A stretch of 64,000 nucleotides of DNA from an uncultured cyanobacterium (GCA_963706595.1 OY970166.1:3360001-3424000); one strand, 5' to 3'; counted from the first letter of the stretch, positions 42,313-52,998 are shown. Numbers and translations: made by a program. Notes: a model not told the origin generated them from the sequence alone.

Positions 42313-43704
42313 TTATCTGGTGATTTGCATACCTAACCACTCACTTAATTCATGGGCTAACCATTCTAGTTCCGCTTCAGATTGAATGGCACCAGAATTG
42401 ACACCAAGCTGATACTTTTGTACTCCCGCCCAAATTTCCAATTGTGCTGACACTGTAGTTTTATCTCCGTCAGAGTCTTTTGTGATATGTCTGGGAATAT
42501 AAACGAGTTTAGTGATACTTGCTTTGGGCGATGGACGAGGACGATTAATTTTAAATCCCAATAACTCATATCGTAAGGCAATTTGCTGGTCATTTAAGCT
42601 CAGTCTCATCTTGCCAAATAAACCCATTAATAAAGTAGATATCATGAAAAAGCCAGCCCCCCAAAAAGGCAGTGAGAACAAAGCAAAGGGGAGGTTGAGC
42701 GGAAAAGGAGCTGAAAGAGCGCCTATTGTCCAAAAAAGGATAAAAGAGTTCCAGGCGATCGCAAACAAACCTGTAAATACCATCGACGGCTTAAAGCCAA
42801 CTGGTGGAATCAGAATTTCTAGATGATCCCAGTTCTTGGTGAGTTGAATTTTACTCCCAGCAGGTTGAACAACATTTAAAGCATAGGGACTGTTCAATTC
42901 CGACTCATTCAAAGCTTTTAAAGCTGACTCAGCCGAACTTGGCCGCCGTTCCAGGTTGGGTTCAGTCATCCACTGTAACCAGCGAGTTAAGCCGGGACTC
43001 AGATGAGTTAGTTGCTCAAATTGAATGCGAAAATCCTTTTGGGGTAAATCGGCGGGATGATTTCCTGTGATTAAATAAATTAAAGTTGCACCTAAACTAT
43101 AAAGGTCAGAAGCCGGAACAGTTCGCGCCCCAAATTGCTCTGGAGGCATATATCCATAAGTTCCTACCACAGTCCTGGTTCCGCCTTCAGCCGCCAGGAC
43201 AGTTTGTACCGAACCAAAATCGACTAGGTAAACTTGACCAACACTATTCCCAGAACGTTCACCCAATAAAATATTGCTAGGCTTAAGATCACGGTGAATT
43301 ACAGGTGGATGCAGCCCATGTAAGTAAATCAGAATTTCTAAAACTGCTGTGGCTACCTGTTTAATTTCAGCTTCTGTAAAAGTCCGCCCAGTTTGTAAAT
43401 ATTGTTCTAAGGTTTGGGCGGAAATATAACTCTGTACTAGAGCAAATCCTTTAATGTTGGGTGAATTTACTTCAAAATAGTCTAAATAGCGAGGGATAGC
43501 CGGATGGGATAAAGATTTTAATGTTTTGGCTTCACGCTCAAACAGCTTGAGATCATCCCATTCAAAGTCACTATTAAACGAGAGTAACTTGATAACTACC
43601 AATTCCCCGGTTGTCTGATCCTTAGCTAATAGCGATCGCCGCCCGGATTTTTTTCCTAATAGCTGTTGGACTTCGTAGCGGTCGCCTAAAATTTCGCTGA
43701 CCAT
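42313..43704 (-). CDS. Ser/Thr kinase with C-terminal TM helices
   Basis: HRDLKPSN, VDFG, VGTYGYMPPEQ. Confidence 0.9.
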   Translation of the reverse strand: MVSEILGDRYEVQQLLGKKSGRRSLLAKDQTTGELVVIKLLSFNSDFEWDDLKLFEREAKTLKSLSHPAIPRYLDYFEVNSPNIKGFALVQSYISAQTLEQYLQTGRTFTEAEIKQVATAVLEILIYLHGLHPPVIHRDLKPSNILLGERSGNSVGQVYLVDFGSVQTVLAAEGGTRTVVGTYGYMPPEQFGARTVPASDLYSLGATLIYLITGNHPADLPQKDFRIQFEQLTHLSPGLTRWLQWMTEPNLERRPSSAESALKALNESELNSPYALNVVQPAGSKIQLTKNWDHLEILIPPVGFKPSMVFTGLFAIAWNSFILFWTIGALSAPFPLNLPFALFSLPFWGAGFFMISTLLMGLFGKMRLSLNDQQIALRYELLGFKINRPRPSPKASITKLVYIPRHITKDSDGDKTTVSAQLEIWAGVQKYQLGVNSGAIQSEAELEWLAHELSEWLGMQITR

Positions 43705-43798
43705 GATGATTGCTGATAACGCTGTGTTTAAAAGCTTTTCTAGCTGATGGCTTGTCAAATTGGGCAAGCTGATATCTTTACTATAATTGTGTCTTTCT

Positions 43799-44401
43799 AT
43801 GCCCTCCCAACTTTGGCCTTATATTACCCCTGGTATTCCCGATGAATTGTTTGAGCATTTGCCTGGTATTCCCTTCAGCCAGCGAGAAGTTAGGCTGTTA
43901 TTGATTTCTCAACTGCGGCTCAAACCTGATTCAGTATTATGGGATATTGGGGCGGGAACGGGGACAATTCCCGTAGAAGCGGGTTTGTTGTGTCCTCAAG
44001 GAAAGATTATTGCTGTGGAACGGGATGAAGATGTAGCCAAATTAATTAAGCGTAACTGCGATCGCTTTGAAGTCAAAAATGTGGAAATAATTGAAGGTAG
44101 CGCCCCAGAGTGTTTACATGATCTCAAAGTAGCCCCTGACCGCGTTTGTATTGAGGGTGGAAAACCCATACAGGATATTTTGCCCGCAGTATGGGATTAT
44201 TTGCCGCCATCAGGGAGAGTAGTCGCCACAGCCGTTAATCTAGAAGGCTTGTATGCTATTTCTCAAAGCTTCTCTGTGTTGCGCGCCAGAAATATTGAAG
44301 TCGTCCAATCTGCGGCCAACCGCTTGGAGACGCGGGGCTTTTCTCAAACCTTTACATCTGTTGATCCCATTTTTATCCTCAGTGGTGAGAAACTAGACTA
44401 G
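43799..44401 (+). CDS. cbiT: Precorrin-6Y methyltransferase, CbiT subunit
   Basis: PGIPDELF, REVR, WDIGAGTG. Confidence 0.9.
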   Translation: MPSQLWPYITPGIPDELFEHLPGIPFSQREVRLLLISQLRLKPDSVLWDIGAGTGTIPVEAGLLCPQGKIIAVERDEDVAKLIKRNCDRFEVKNVEIIEGSAPECLHDLKVAPDRVCIEGGKPIQDILPAVWDYLPPSGRVVATAVNLEGLYAISQSFSVLRARNIEVVQSAANRLETRGFSQTFTSVDPIFILSGEKLD

Positions 44402-44485
44402 ATTCAAAGGATGACAACTGAGGCAGAAAGGATCAATCACACCTCATACTTCAGACTTCATCCTTTACACTTCATAATTACTTTT

Positions 44486-45376
44486 ATGCCTTGGTCTCGG
44501 ATTATTAGTGGAATTGTTGCGATCGCTCTTGCTCTGGTTGCAACCCTTTTGGGTGGCTGGTATTTTACCATCGCCATTGCGATAGTTGTATTTTTAGGTC
44601 AAGAAGAATATTTTAATTTGGTACGAGCTAGAGGTATTGTTCCTGCTGCTAAAACTACCATATTTGTCAGCCAAGCCTTACTGGTAATTTGTAACGTTAA
44701 CGAAACTTTGGCTGATGCTGTGATGCCAATAGCTGGGACGTTGATTTGTTTTTATCTCCTGTTTCAACCAAAAATGGCCACCATTGCCGATATTTCCGCT
44801 TCCATTATGGGGTTATTTTATGTGGGTTACTTGTCGAGTTACTGGGTGCGGTTACGCACTCTCGGTAGTCTAGCCCAGAGCAATCTCCCTTTTGGTGGTT
44901 ACTGGCCTACAGATTGGACAAATATCTTACAGCAAAAAAGTTTTGCCTCTCTACCACAAGGGTTAACTTTAACAGTGTTGACTTTTTTGTGCATTTGGGC
45001 GGCTGATATTGGTGCTTACATTATTGGCAAATTCTTTGGCAAAACTCCTTTGTCTAACATCAGTCCCAAAAAAACCGTTGAAGGTGCAGTTTTTGGCATC
45101 ACTGCCAGCATTGCCGTAGCCGTAGCCGGAGCTTATTATCTGGATTTGCCCCAATTCCTGTTCACTGGTGTCGCATTGGGCTTACTGATTGGTATTGCCA
45201 GTCTTTTAGGCGATTTAACTGAGTCTATGCTCAAGCGTGATGCTGGGGTTAAGGATTCAGGGCAGTTGATCCCCGGACACGGTGGTATTTTAGATCGCAC
45301 TGATAGTTATATCTTTACAGCTCCCTTGGTTTACTATTTTGTGACTCTCCTATTACCTTTAATCGCCAATATCTGA
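44486..45376 (+). CDS. cdsA: Phosphatidate cytidylyltransferase
   Basis: SPKKTVEG, GDLTESMLKR..GVKDSG.LIPGHGGILDRTD. Confidence 0.95.
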   Translation: MPWSRIISGIVAIALALVATLLGGWYFTIAIAIVVFLGQEEYFNLVRARGIVPAAKTTIFVSQALLVICNVNETLADAVMPIAGTLICFYLLFQPKMATIADISASIMGLFYVGYLSSYWVRLRTLGSLAQSNLPFGGYWPTDWTNILQQKSFASLPQGLTLTVLTFLCIWAADIGAYIIGKFFGKTPLSNISPKKTVEGAVFGITASIAVAVAGAYYLDLPQFLFTGVALGLLIGIASLLGDLTESMLKRDAGVKDSGQLIPGHGGILDRTDSYIFTAPLVYYFVTLLLPLIANI

Positions 45377-45412
45377 GGTGTGGTGACTCCCCATTCCTGA
45401 CTCCCAATTCCC

Positions 45413-46126
45413 TCAAGGATTGACGTTAATTCTGCCTTGGCACACCAGCTTACCAGGAATTAAACTGAGTTCTTGAATATCGACATCTGAACCAAGATCC
45501 AGGTTGTAACTATGTTCATCCTCTAAAAGCGGTAATTCCTTTTGGATGACTTGGATCTTGTCTAGCTTCAATTGATGACTGCCAATTAACTCTAAATTTA
45601 AGTAAATTTCAAGAGGCGTGGGTTCGCTGGCTGGTGATAGAATAGCTTTAAGTATAATTTGACTATTACCAAGTATTATTGTTTGCCAAGAAATTCGCTG
45701 GAGTTTTGAGAAATCTTCTGGTAAGATTTTAAACACTACATCATTTAATGCTGTAGATAATAGTTCAGATGAAAGAGAACTATTGAGATCCTTTTCCTCG
45801 ATGAGCAGATTACCAACTACTGGTACTGTTTCTAATAGTTTGACTGGTTGCCCCTTGAGTATGGCTCCTATATTCACCTGAATATTTTCTGCTACGAGTT
45901 GAATTCGTGTAATACTAAGACCTTGATACACGGCATCACTGGCAATTATAGATACCCAAGGAATACAACCAGAGAGGATTTGGCGATCGCTCGCTTTCAT
46001 CTCCACTTCTAACTGTGATACTTCGCTGACTTGTGATTTTAACCAAAGCTTCAGCGCTGTTGTTAGCACATTTGTAATTATGCGGATTTTGTGTGAATTT
46101 TTAGTTGGGGAATTTTTATTAGGCAT
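45413..46126 (-). CDS. DUF2993/LmeA-like protein
   Basis: LWLKSQV..LEV...QILSG...VYQGL pattern. Confidence 0.7.
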   Translation of the reverse strand: MPNKNSPTKNSHKIRIITNVLTTALKLWLKSQVSEVSQLEVEMKASDRQILSGCIPWVSIIASDAVYQGLSITRIQLVAENIQVNIGAILKGQPVKLLETVPVVGNLLIEEKDLNSSLSSELLSTALNDVVFKILPEDFSKLQRISWQTIILGNSQIILKAILSPASEPTPLEIYLNLELIGSHQLKLDKIQVIQKELPLLEDEHSYNLDLGSDVDIQELSLIPGKLVCQGRINVNP

Positions 46127-46270
46127 TTAACCACTCTGTTGGTCGGAATTTGCTCAACCACTAACTCAACTTAAATAGGCTTTAAATGTAACATTGATGG
46201 CTACTTAGCACAAAACATAAATATTATGTTTACTCTCTAAAAACTTTAGATCATACACAGTAAGTTGAAG

Positions 46271-47065
46271 ATGGAGGCACGGGTACAAAAAATTTTAGCT
46301 CAATGGGGGATCGCCTCACGTCGTGAAGCTGAAGACATGATTCGGCGATCGCGTGTGCAGATCAATGGCTTATTGGCACATCTAGGTCAAAAAGTTGACC
46401 CAGAAAGAGATAAGATTTCAGTAGATGGTCAGCCAGTAACTAATCAGCAGCGGCCGCCTTTAATATATCTATTGCTAAACAAACCAGCCGGAGTAGTTTC
46501 CACTTGCTATGACCCTCAAGGTAGAAAAACAGTTTTGGATTTACTCCCCCTAGAATTACGCGCAGGTTCAGGTTTGCACCCAGTTGGTCGTTTAGATGCA
46601 GAATCCACCGGAATACTAATATTGACAAACGATGGAGACTTGACATTTGGACTCACCCATCCCAGTCACAGTATTCCTAAAACTTATCAGGTTGTGGTCA
46701 AAGGACATCCTTCTCAAGCAGTTCTAGAAATGTGGTGTCAAGGCGTGGTCTTAGACGGGAAAAAAACACGTCCCGCAAAAGTACGCTTGATCGCAACTCT
46801 TGCAAAAAATACCCATTTAGAAATAGTTTTAAAGGAGGGAAGAAACCGACAAATTCGCCGTGTAGCACAACAGTTGGGATATCCAGTCATTGAGCTACAT
46901 CGTAGTTCCATCGGCCCAATTCAATTACAAATGCCAAACATACCCTTTTTAAGTGAGGGTAACTATCGTTCTCTTAAAGATGCCGAAATTCGTTTTTTAA
47001 AAGAGCATATTCAGCATCTACCAATTAAAGATTCAGCTAAGGTCAGGAGATCAGGAAAAGCATGA
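46271..47065 (+). CDS. rRNA pseudouridine synthase, RsuA/RluB family
   Basis: S4 domain, LNKPAG, VGRLD, EGRNRQIRR. Confidence 0.93.
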   Translation: MEARVQKILAQWGIASRREAEDMIRRSRVQINGLLAHLGQKVDPERDKISVDGQPVTNQQRPPLIYLLLNKPAGVVSTCYDPQGRKTVLDLLPLELRAGSGLHPVGRLDAESTGILILTNDGDLTFGLTHPSHSIPKTYQVVVKGHPSQAVLEMWCQGVVLDGKKTRPAKVRLIATLAKNTHLEIVLKEGRNRQIRRVAQQLGYPVIELHRSSIGPIQLQMPNIPFLSEGNYRSLKDAEIRFLKEHIQHLPIKDSAKVRRSGKA

Positions 47066-47868
47066 AATGGCTCAGAAGTAAAGAAAAAGAGCAGCCCAAA
47101 CTGTCATTAGAACAACAGCAAGCGGAAAAATTGGCAGAATTGGGCGATCGCCTCCGGGCTTCTCGTGAAAAACGGGCTTCATCACTTGAAGAAATGGTAG
47201 TTTTAACCAAAATTCCCCGGCGGTTGTTACAGGCCATGGAAGAAGGTAAATTAGATGACCTCCCAGAACCAGTTTATGTTCAAGGTTTAATCAGACAATT
47301 TGCCGACGCATTAGGCTTTAATGGAGTGGAATTTGCCAGCAGTTTTCCTCTCGGTTCTCAACCAGTGAGTGTACCGCCTACCGAGAAATATCAATCAATT
47401 GGTTTACTACGTCCGCTTCACCTTTACTTACTTTACATATTTGTCATTGTATGCTCCGTAAGTAGCTTATCTCAAGTCCTGAATAATAATGCTGTGAGCG
47501 ACAGCAATCAAGATTCACCGAGAGACACTGTTTTCAAACCAGCAGAAAATAACTTAAATTCTCAAGCTTTAACCAAAATAAACCCTATTAACAACAACCT
47601 TAATCGCACCAATAACGATCAATCAGTACATATTGGTGTCACCTTAAAAGCATCATCTTGGATTCGTGTCGTCGCTGATGGCAAAATCGAGTTTGAAGGC
47701 GTTCTCCCAGAAGGATCTCAGCGCACTTGGAAAGCCCAAGAACAACTAACGGTAAAAACCGATAATGCAGGTAGTGTGTTGATGAGTGTCAATCAGCAAC
47801 AAGCGCAACGGATGGGAGAACCAGGAAAAGAGAGAGAAATCAAGATAGCTGCGAAACCGAGGTCTTGA
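47062..47868 (+). CDS. RodZ-like HTH-TM-DUF4115 protein
   Basis: HTH with LPEPVYVQG, TM helix, SWIRVVADG. Confidence 0.85.
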   Translation: MKWLRSKEKEQPKLSLEQQQAEKLAELGDRLRASREKRASSLEEMVVLTKIPRRLLQAMEEGKLDDLPEPVYVQGLIRQFADALGFNGVEFASSFPLGSQPVSVPPTEKYQSIGLLRPLHLYLLYIFVIVCSVSSLSQVLNNNAVSDSNQDSPRDTVFKPAENNLNSQALTKINPINNNLNRTNNDQSVHIGVTLKASSWIRVVADGKIEFEGVLPEGSQRTWKAQEQLTVKTDNAGSVLMSVNQQQAQRMGEPGKEREIKIAAKPRS

Positions 47869-47890
47869 AACAGTTAACAGTTAACAGTGT

Positions 47891-47970
47891 GTAGGGTGTG
47901 TTGTCGCGTAGCGCAACGCACCATCTTCAATTCTCGGTGCGTTAGGACTAGCGTCCATAACGCACCCTAC
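47891..47970. repeat. GTAG-family REP doublet (REPIN-like)
   Basis: GTAGGGTGTGTT..AACGCACC / GGTGCGTT..AACGCACCCTAC inverted pair. Confidence 0.85.
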
Positions 47971-48050
47971 GAGGTTCAAGCTGGAAAGTTTTTCTCCCCT
48001 GCACCCTGCCCCCTGCACCCCTGCCTCTTTCCCCCTGCCCCTCTGCCTCT

Positions 48051-49559
48051 TCACTTCGCCTGGGGTGCGCGTCCATAGAGTTGAGTCAGATTTTTTAGTC
48101 TCTCCCCTAATTCTGGTGTCAACAATGACGGCTGATAACGCCAACCCCAATTACCTTCAGCAGTGCTGGGAAAATTCATCCGCGCCTCGGTTCCCAAACC
48201 TAAAATATCTTGCAAAGGAATAATTGCTTGATTAGCGATAGAACTCAAAGCTAGTCGAATTACATCCCAGTGGATACCTTCAGGACTGATACAACCTAAA
48301 TACAGTAATAAGTTGCGCTTTTCCCAATCGTTAGCTTGATTGAACCAGCCTACAGTTGTGTCATTATCGTGAGTTCCAGTGTAAACTACAGCATTGCGTG
48401 TGTAGTTGAAGGGTAAAAAAGCATTACCGGGATCAGAACCAAAAGCAAACTGCAAGACCTTCATACCGGGAAATTCATACTTATCCCGCAGTGCTTCTAC
48501 TTCTGGGGTAATTACTCCCAAATCTTCCGCTAAAACGGGTAAAGTCCCTAATTTAGCTTTAATCGCATCAAATAATTCATCTCCTGGGGCTTTCATCCAC
48601 ACTCCATTCATGGCTGTGTCTTCTCCTTGTTCTACAGCCCAGTAAGCTTCAAATCCCCGGAAGTGGTCAATGCGAATGACATCTATATAATCCAGCATCG
48701 CTTCAAAGCGACCCAGCCACCACTTAAAGTCTTGTTTTTGTAATTCTTCCCAGTTATAAACCGGATTGCCCCATAATTGACCAGTCTCACTAAAGTAATC
48801 TGGTGGAACTCCCGCCATTAAAGCCGGTTCCATAGTCTCTTCATCTAGACAAAAGATATGAGGATGCGCCCAGACATCAGCGCTATCTTGGGCTACATAG
48901 ATAGGAATATCGCCAATAATATAAATCCCGCTCATGTTGGCATAAGATTTGAGTTCTGACCACTGGCGGAAAAATTCAAATTGGACAAATTTATAATAAT
49001 AAATTTCCGAGGTTAATTTTTCCTTAGCTTGATCTATGGCTGCTGGTTCGCGCTTGACAAGTTCTGATTCCCAAGTATGCCAGCTTGTATTATCATTAGC
49101 ATCTTTAAGCGCCATAAATAAGGCGTAATCGTCCAGCCAATAGGCTTTGCTGTCACAAAAACCGGCAAATTCTTTTTGTTGAAAAGGTGTGGCTTTAACT
49201 TGGAAATTATGGCAAGCTTTTTTGAGTAATGCAATCTTGATTTCGTTTACTTGGTCGTAATCTACCTGAGATTCGTTAAATGCTGGTAAATTAGCAAAGT
49301 CTTCTTCAGCGAGTAAACCTTGTTCTTGCAGTTGTTCTGGACTGATAAGCATGGGGTTTCCCGCCATTGCTGAATATGCAGCATAGGGAGAATTTCCGTA
49401 TCCAGTCGGTCCTAATGGTAAGACTTGCCAATATTGCTGGTAAGTTTCTCTGAGAAAATCAATAAATTTATAGGCTTCTAAGCCTAAGTCCCCAATACCA
49501 AATCGGCTGGGAAAAGATGTAGGATGCAGCAAAATACCACTGGATCTAGGAAAAGGCAT
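48051..49559 (-). CDS. malQ: 4-alpha-glucanotransferase
   Basis: SGILLHPTS, GVPPDYFSETGQLWGNP, RIDHFRGF, YTGTHDN. Confidence 0.97.
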   Translation of the reverse strand: MPFPRSSGILLHPTSFPSRFGIGDLGLEAYKFIDFLRETYQQYWQVLPLGPTGYGNSPYAAYSAMAGNPMLISPEQLQEQGLLAEEDFANLPAFNESQVDYDQVNEIKIALLKKACHNFQVKATPFQQKEFAGFCDSKAYWLDDYALFMALKDANDNTSWHTWESELVKREPAAIDQAKEKLTSEIYYYKFVQFEFFRQWSELKSYANMSGIYIIGDIPIYVAQDSADVWAHPHIFCLDEETMEPALMAGVPPDYFSETGQLWGNPVYNWEELQKQDFKWWLGRFEAMLDYIDVIRIDHFRGFEAYWAVEQGEDTAMNGVWMKAPGDELFDAIKAKLGTLPVLAEDLGVITPEVEALRDKYEFPGMKVLQFAFGSDPGNAFLPFNYTRNAVVYTGTHDNDTTVGWFNQANDWEKRNLLLYLGCISPEGIHWDVIRLALSSIANQAIIPLQDILGLGTEARMNFPSTAEGNWGWRYQPSLLTPELGERLKNLTQLYGRAPQAK

Positions 49560-49786
49560 ATTTAACTTCAAATATAGAAATGAGCGATCCCATAGAATCT
49601 ATCATGCTCAGGTCAACATTGAAAGCTGTCTGAAGATTGAAGGATATGGCGAAATCAGGTTGGAGAGACGCGATAAATTGCCGTCTCTACAGAAAATATA
49701 TCCGGCAATTATTTTTTGACAAAATACTAGATTTATCTGTAGATAGAACCAAAATCTAAAATCTAAAATCTAAAATCCAAAATTGT

Positions 49787-50224
49787 ATGACTTATAGAAA
49801 TCCTGCACCGACGGTTGATATCATCATTGAGTTGGTGGATCGTCCACATCGACCGATTGTGTTAATTGAGCGCCATAATTCACCTTTGGGTTGGGCTATT
49901 CCTGGTGGTTTTGTGGATTATGGTGAGGCGGTGGAAGTGGCGGCGCGGCGGGAGGCGGCTGAGGAAACGGGTTTGCAGGTGGAGTTAATTGAACAGTTTT
50001 TGGTCTATTCTGACCCTGACCGGGATGAGCGTCAGCATACTATCAGTATTGTGTTTTTGGCAACTGCAACGGGGGAACCAATGGCGGGTGATGATGCTAA
50101 GAATGTCGGGGTTTTTGAGTCTTGGCGTGTGCCGAGTAATTTATGTTTTGACCATGACCGGATTTTGCAGGATTATTGGCGGTATCGGCATTATGGGTTG
50201 CGTCCGAGGTTGGGTTTTGATTAA
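49787..50224 (+). CDS. NUDIX hydrolase
   Basis: [24 protein letters not shown]. Confidence 0.92.
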   Translation: MTYRNPAPTVDIIIELVDRPHRPIVLIERHNSPLGWAIPGGFVDYGEAVEVAARREAAEETGLQVELIEQFLVYSDPDRDERQHTISIVFLATATGEPMAGDDAKNVGVFESWRVPSNLCFDHDRILQDYWRYRHYGLRPRLGFD

Positions 50225-50306
50225 CGAACCGCCAAGTCGCCAAGAACGCCAAGAGAAGAGAGAATTTGTGCGATTATACTGAGATAATCGTATTTTAGGG
50301 TGCTTT

Positions 50307-51608
50307 ATGAATGCTGAGACATTGTTGGAGAAATATGCCGCAGGAGAACGCCTATTTCAACAAGTAAATCTGGCGGAAGAAAATCTCAAAGGTGCTGACT
50401 TAAGTGAGATCGACCTCTATGGTACAAACTTGAAGGGAACTGATTTAAGTGAAGCAAATTTAACTAAAGCAATCCTTAATAGTGCAGATTTTACTAAAGC
50501 GTCTCTCAAAAACGCCGATTTACACAGCATTAATGCTCCTTCATCAATATTTATTTGGGCAGACCTGAATGGTGCTGACTTAAGTTGGTCAACCTTGAAA
50601 GATGCTCAATTTAACTATGCAAACTTAGAACAGGCAACTCTAATAGGAGTAAATTTAACCAATGCAAAATTATCATTTGCAAACCTAGATATGGCAAACC
50701 TTAGTGGTGCCAATCTGAGTAATGCAGAACTAAGGGTTGCTTCATTAAGTGGAGCAAATTTGAGTAAGGCTTTGTTCAATAAAGCAGATTTAGAAGGATC
50801 ATACTTAATCGGAGCTAATTTTACTCTGGCAACTTTAATTGAAGCCAAGTTACAAAAGGCCAAAATTCAAGGAGCTAAATTTCAGAGAGCAAATCTATCT
50901 CAAGTTAATTTTTCCGGGATGGATTTAGCTAATTGCGATTTTACAGGGGCAAGTCTAGATGGTACAAATCTGACAAAAGCTATTTTTCAAGGGGCAAATT
51001 TAGAAAGGGCTAAACTGCGATACGCAAATCTTACTAGAGCAAATCTAGATGGTGCAAATCTCAGAAGAGCAGACTTAACAGGAGCAGACATTTACGGTGC
51101 TACCTTTAAAAATGCTGACCTAACTGGTGCGATAATGCCTGATGGGGAAGTTTACCAGCCGACAACCTCTGAGGGGGAAATTGGTCAGCCAGAAACATTA
51201 TTAGAAGAAGTGATATTTATGACTCGTCAAGTAATTCGTACAGATAACGCACCGGCTCCAGTAGGACCATATAATCAAGCGATCGCCGCTTCCGGTAAAA
51301 TGATCTTCGTAGCTGGTCAAATTGCCATTGACCCCCGCCTCGGTGATGTCGTCTACACGGATGACATAAACAAGCAAACGGAGCAGGTAATGGCTAATAT
51401 GGAGGCTATTCTGATTGCATCTGGGGCAACCTTTGAAAGCGTGGTCAAAACCACAGTATTTTTAGCTGATATGAATGATTTTGCCGCAGTCAATGCGATT
51501 TATGCAAAATATTTTCCTGAAGAAACCGCCCCAGCCCGTGCTTGTGTGCAAGTCTCACGTCTCCCAAAGAATGTTTTAGTGGAAATTGATTGTGTTGCAG
51601 TAATTTGA
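50307..51608 (+). CDS. Pentapeptide-repeat / RidA fusion, copy 1
   Basis: A(D/N)Lxx repeats, then PVGPYNQA..VAGQI..PARACVQV..LP..VEIDC. Confidence 0.92.
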   Translation: MNAETLLEKYAAGERLFQQVNLAEENLKGADLSEIDLYGTNLKGTDLSEANLTKAILNSADFTKASLKNADLHSINAPSSIFIWADLNGADLSWSTLKDAQFNYANLEQATLIGVNLTNAKLSFANLDMANLSGANLSNAELRVASLSGANLSKALFNKADLEGSYLIGANFTLATLIEAKLQKAKIQGAKFQRANLSQVNFSGMDLANCDFTGASLDGTNLTKAIFQGANLERAKLRYANLTRANLDGANLRRADLTGADIYGATFKNADLTGAIMPDGEVYQPTTSEGEIGQPETLLEEVIFMTRQVIRTDNAPAPVGPYNQAIAASGKMIFVAGQIAIDPRLGDVVYTDDINKQTEQVMANMEAILIASGATFESVVKTTVFLADMNDFAAVNAIYAKYFPEETAPARACVQVSRLPKNVLVEIDCVAVI

Positions 51609-51708
51609 AAACTTGATTTGGATTAACTAACCGCCAAGTCGCCAAGTACGCCAAGAGAAGAGAGAATTTCTGCGATTATACTGGGTTGGTGTTATTTTAG
51701 GTTGCGTT

Positions 51709-52830
51709 ATGGGTGCTGATGAATTGTTGGAGAAATATGCCGCAGGAGAACGGAAATTTCAAAAAGCAAATTTAAGTGGAGTAGACCTCAAAGGTGCAAA
51801 GTTAAAAGAGATAGACCTATATAAAACAAATTTGAGTGGAGCGGATTTAAGTGAAGCAACACTAAAAAAAGCTAATCTTTGGGAAGCAAGCCTCTCTAGA
51901 GCATCCTTAAAATGTACAAATTTGACACAAATTCAAGGCGGAGGGCTGAATTTGACTTCGGCTGACCTGAGTGGTGCGGATTTAAGCTACGCAAATTTGA
52001 ATGCAGCAAATCTTTTTGGGGCAGATTTAACAAACGTAAACTTGACACAGGCTAATCTCACTAACGCATTAATTGAAAATGCTAATCTCCAAAAAGCTCA
52101 ACTTCGGGGAGTCAGTTTGGAGAAATCTAATTTGTCAGGGGTGAATTTAGCTGAGGCGGATTTAGTTGGGGTATCCCTAGAACAAGCAAATCTTCAAGAA
52201 GCCTGTTTGCAAGGAGCAAATTTAGAAAGAACCAATTTTTCCAGTGCAAATTTAATGCTGGCAAATTTTGATGGTGCAAATCTGAAAAAGGCGAATTTAA
52301 CTGGAGCCAATATTTACGGTGCAACCTTCAAAAATGCAGACCTCACTGGTGCGATAATGCCTAATGGGCAAGTTTACCAGCCAACAACCTCTGAGGGAGA
52401 AACTGGTCAGCCAGAAACATTATTAGAAAAAGTGATATTTATGACTCGTGAAGTAATTCGCACAGATAACGCACCTTCTCCAGTGGGACCATATAATCAG
52501 GCGATCGCCGCTTCCGGTAAAATGATCTTCGTAGCTGGTCAAATTGCCATCGATCCTCGCCTCGGTGATGTCGTCTATACAGATGATGTGAAAAAGCAAA
52601 CCGAGCAGGTAATGGCTAATATGGAAGCCATTCTGACAGCATCTGGTGCGAAGTTTGAAAACGTGGTCAAAACCACAGTATTTTTAGCTGATATGAATGA
52701 CTTTGCCACAGTAAACGCGATTTATGCTCAATATTTCCCTGAAGAAACCGCCCCAGCCCGTGCTTGTGTGCAGGTTTCTCGCCTACCAAAAAATGTTCTA
52801 GTAGAAATAGATTGCATAGCAGTCATCTAA
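51709..52830 (+). CDS. Pentapeptide-repeat / RidA fusion, copy 2
   Basis: Same architecture, 60 aa shorter. Confidence 0.92.
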   Translation: MGADELLEKYAAGERKFQKANLSGVDLKGAKLKEIDLYKTNLSGADLSEATLKKANLWEASLSRASLKCTNLTQIQGGGLNLTSADLSGADLSYANLNAANLFGADLTNVNLTQANLTNALIENANLQKAQLRGVSLEKSNLSGVNLAEADLVGVSLEQANLQEACLQGANLERTNFSSANLMLANFDGANLKKANLTGANIYGATFKNADLTGAIMPNGQVYQPTTSEGETGQPETLLEKVIFMTREVIRTDNAPSPVGPYNQAIAASGKMIFVAGQIAIDPRLGDVVYTDDVKKQTEQVMANMEAILTASGAKFENVVKTTVFLADMNDFATVNAIYAQYFPEETAPARACVQVSRLPKNVLVEIDCIAVI

Positions 52831-52861
52831 AAACTTTTTACTACAGCCATTATACTCTTGC

Positions 52862-52900
52862 TCCCCTCCTCGCTTGCGGGGAGGGGCTGGGGGTGGGGTT
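52862..52900 (+). repeat. GC hairpin repeat, copy 5
   Basis: TCCCCTCCTCGCTTGCGGGGAGGGGCTGGGGGTGGGGTT. Confidence 0.88.
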
Positions 52901-52940
52901 TCCGAGTTAAGCGATCGCCTTCAGAAATATTATCAGATGC

Positions 52941-52998
52941 AGGCGATGGGCAAAGCCCCGCCAAAGGCGATGGGCAAAGCCCCGCCAAAGGCGAACGC
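52941..52998. repeat. 24-bp tandem dimer with HIP1-like ends
   Basis: (AGGCGATGGGCAAAGCCCCGCCAA)x2 + AGGCGAACGC. Confidence 0.75.
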
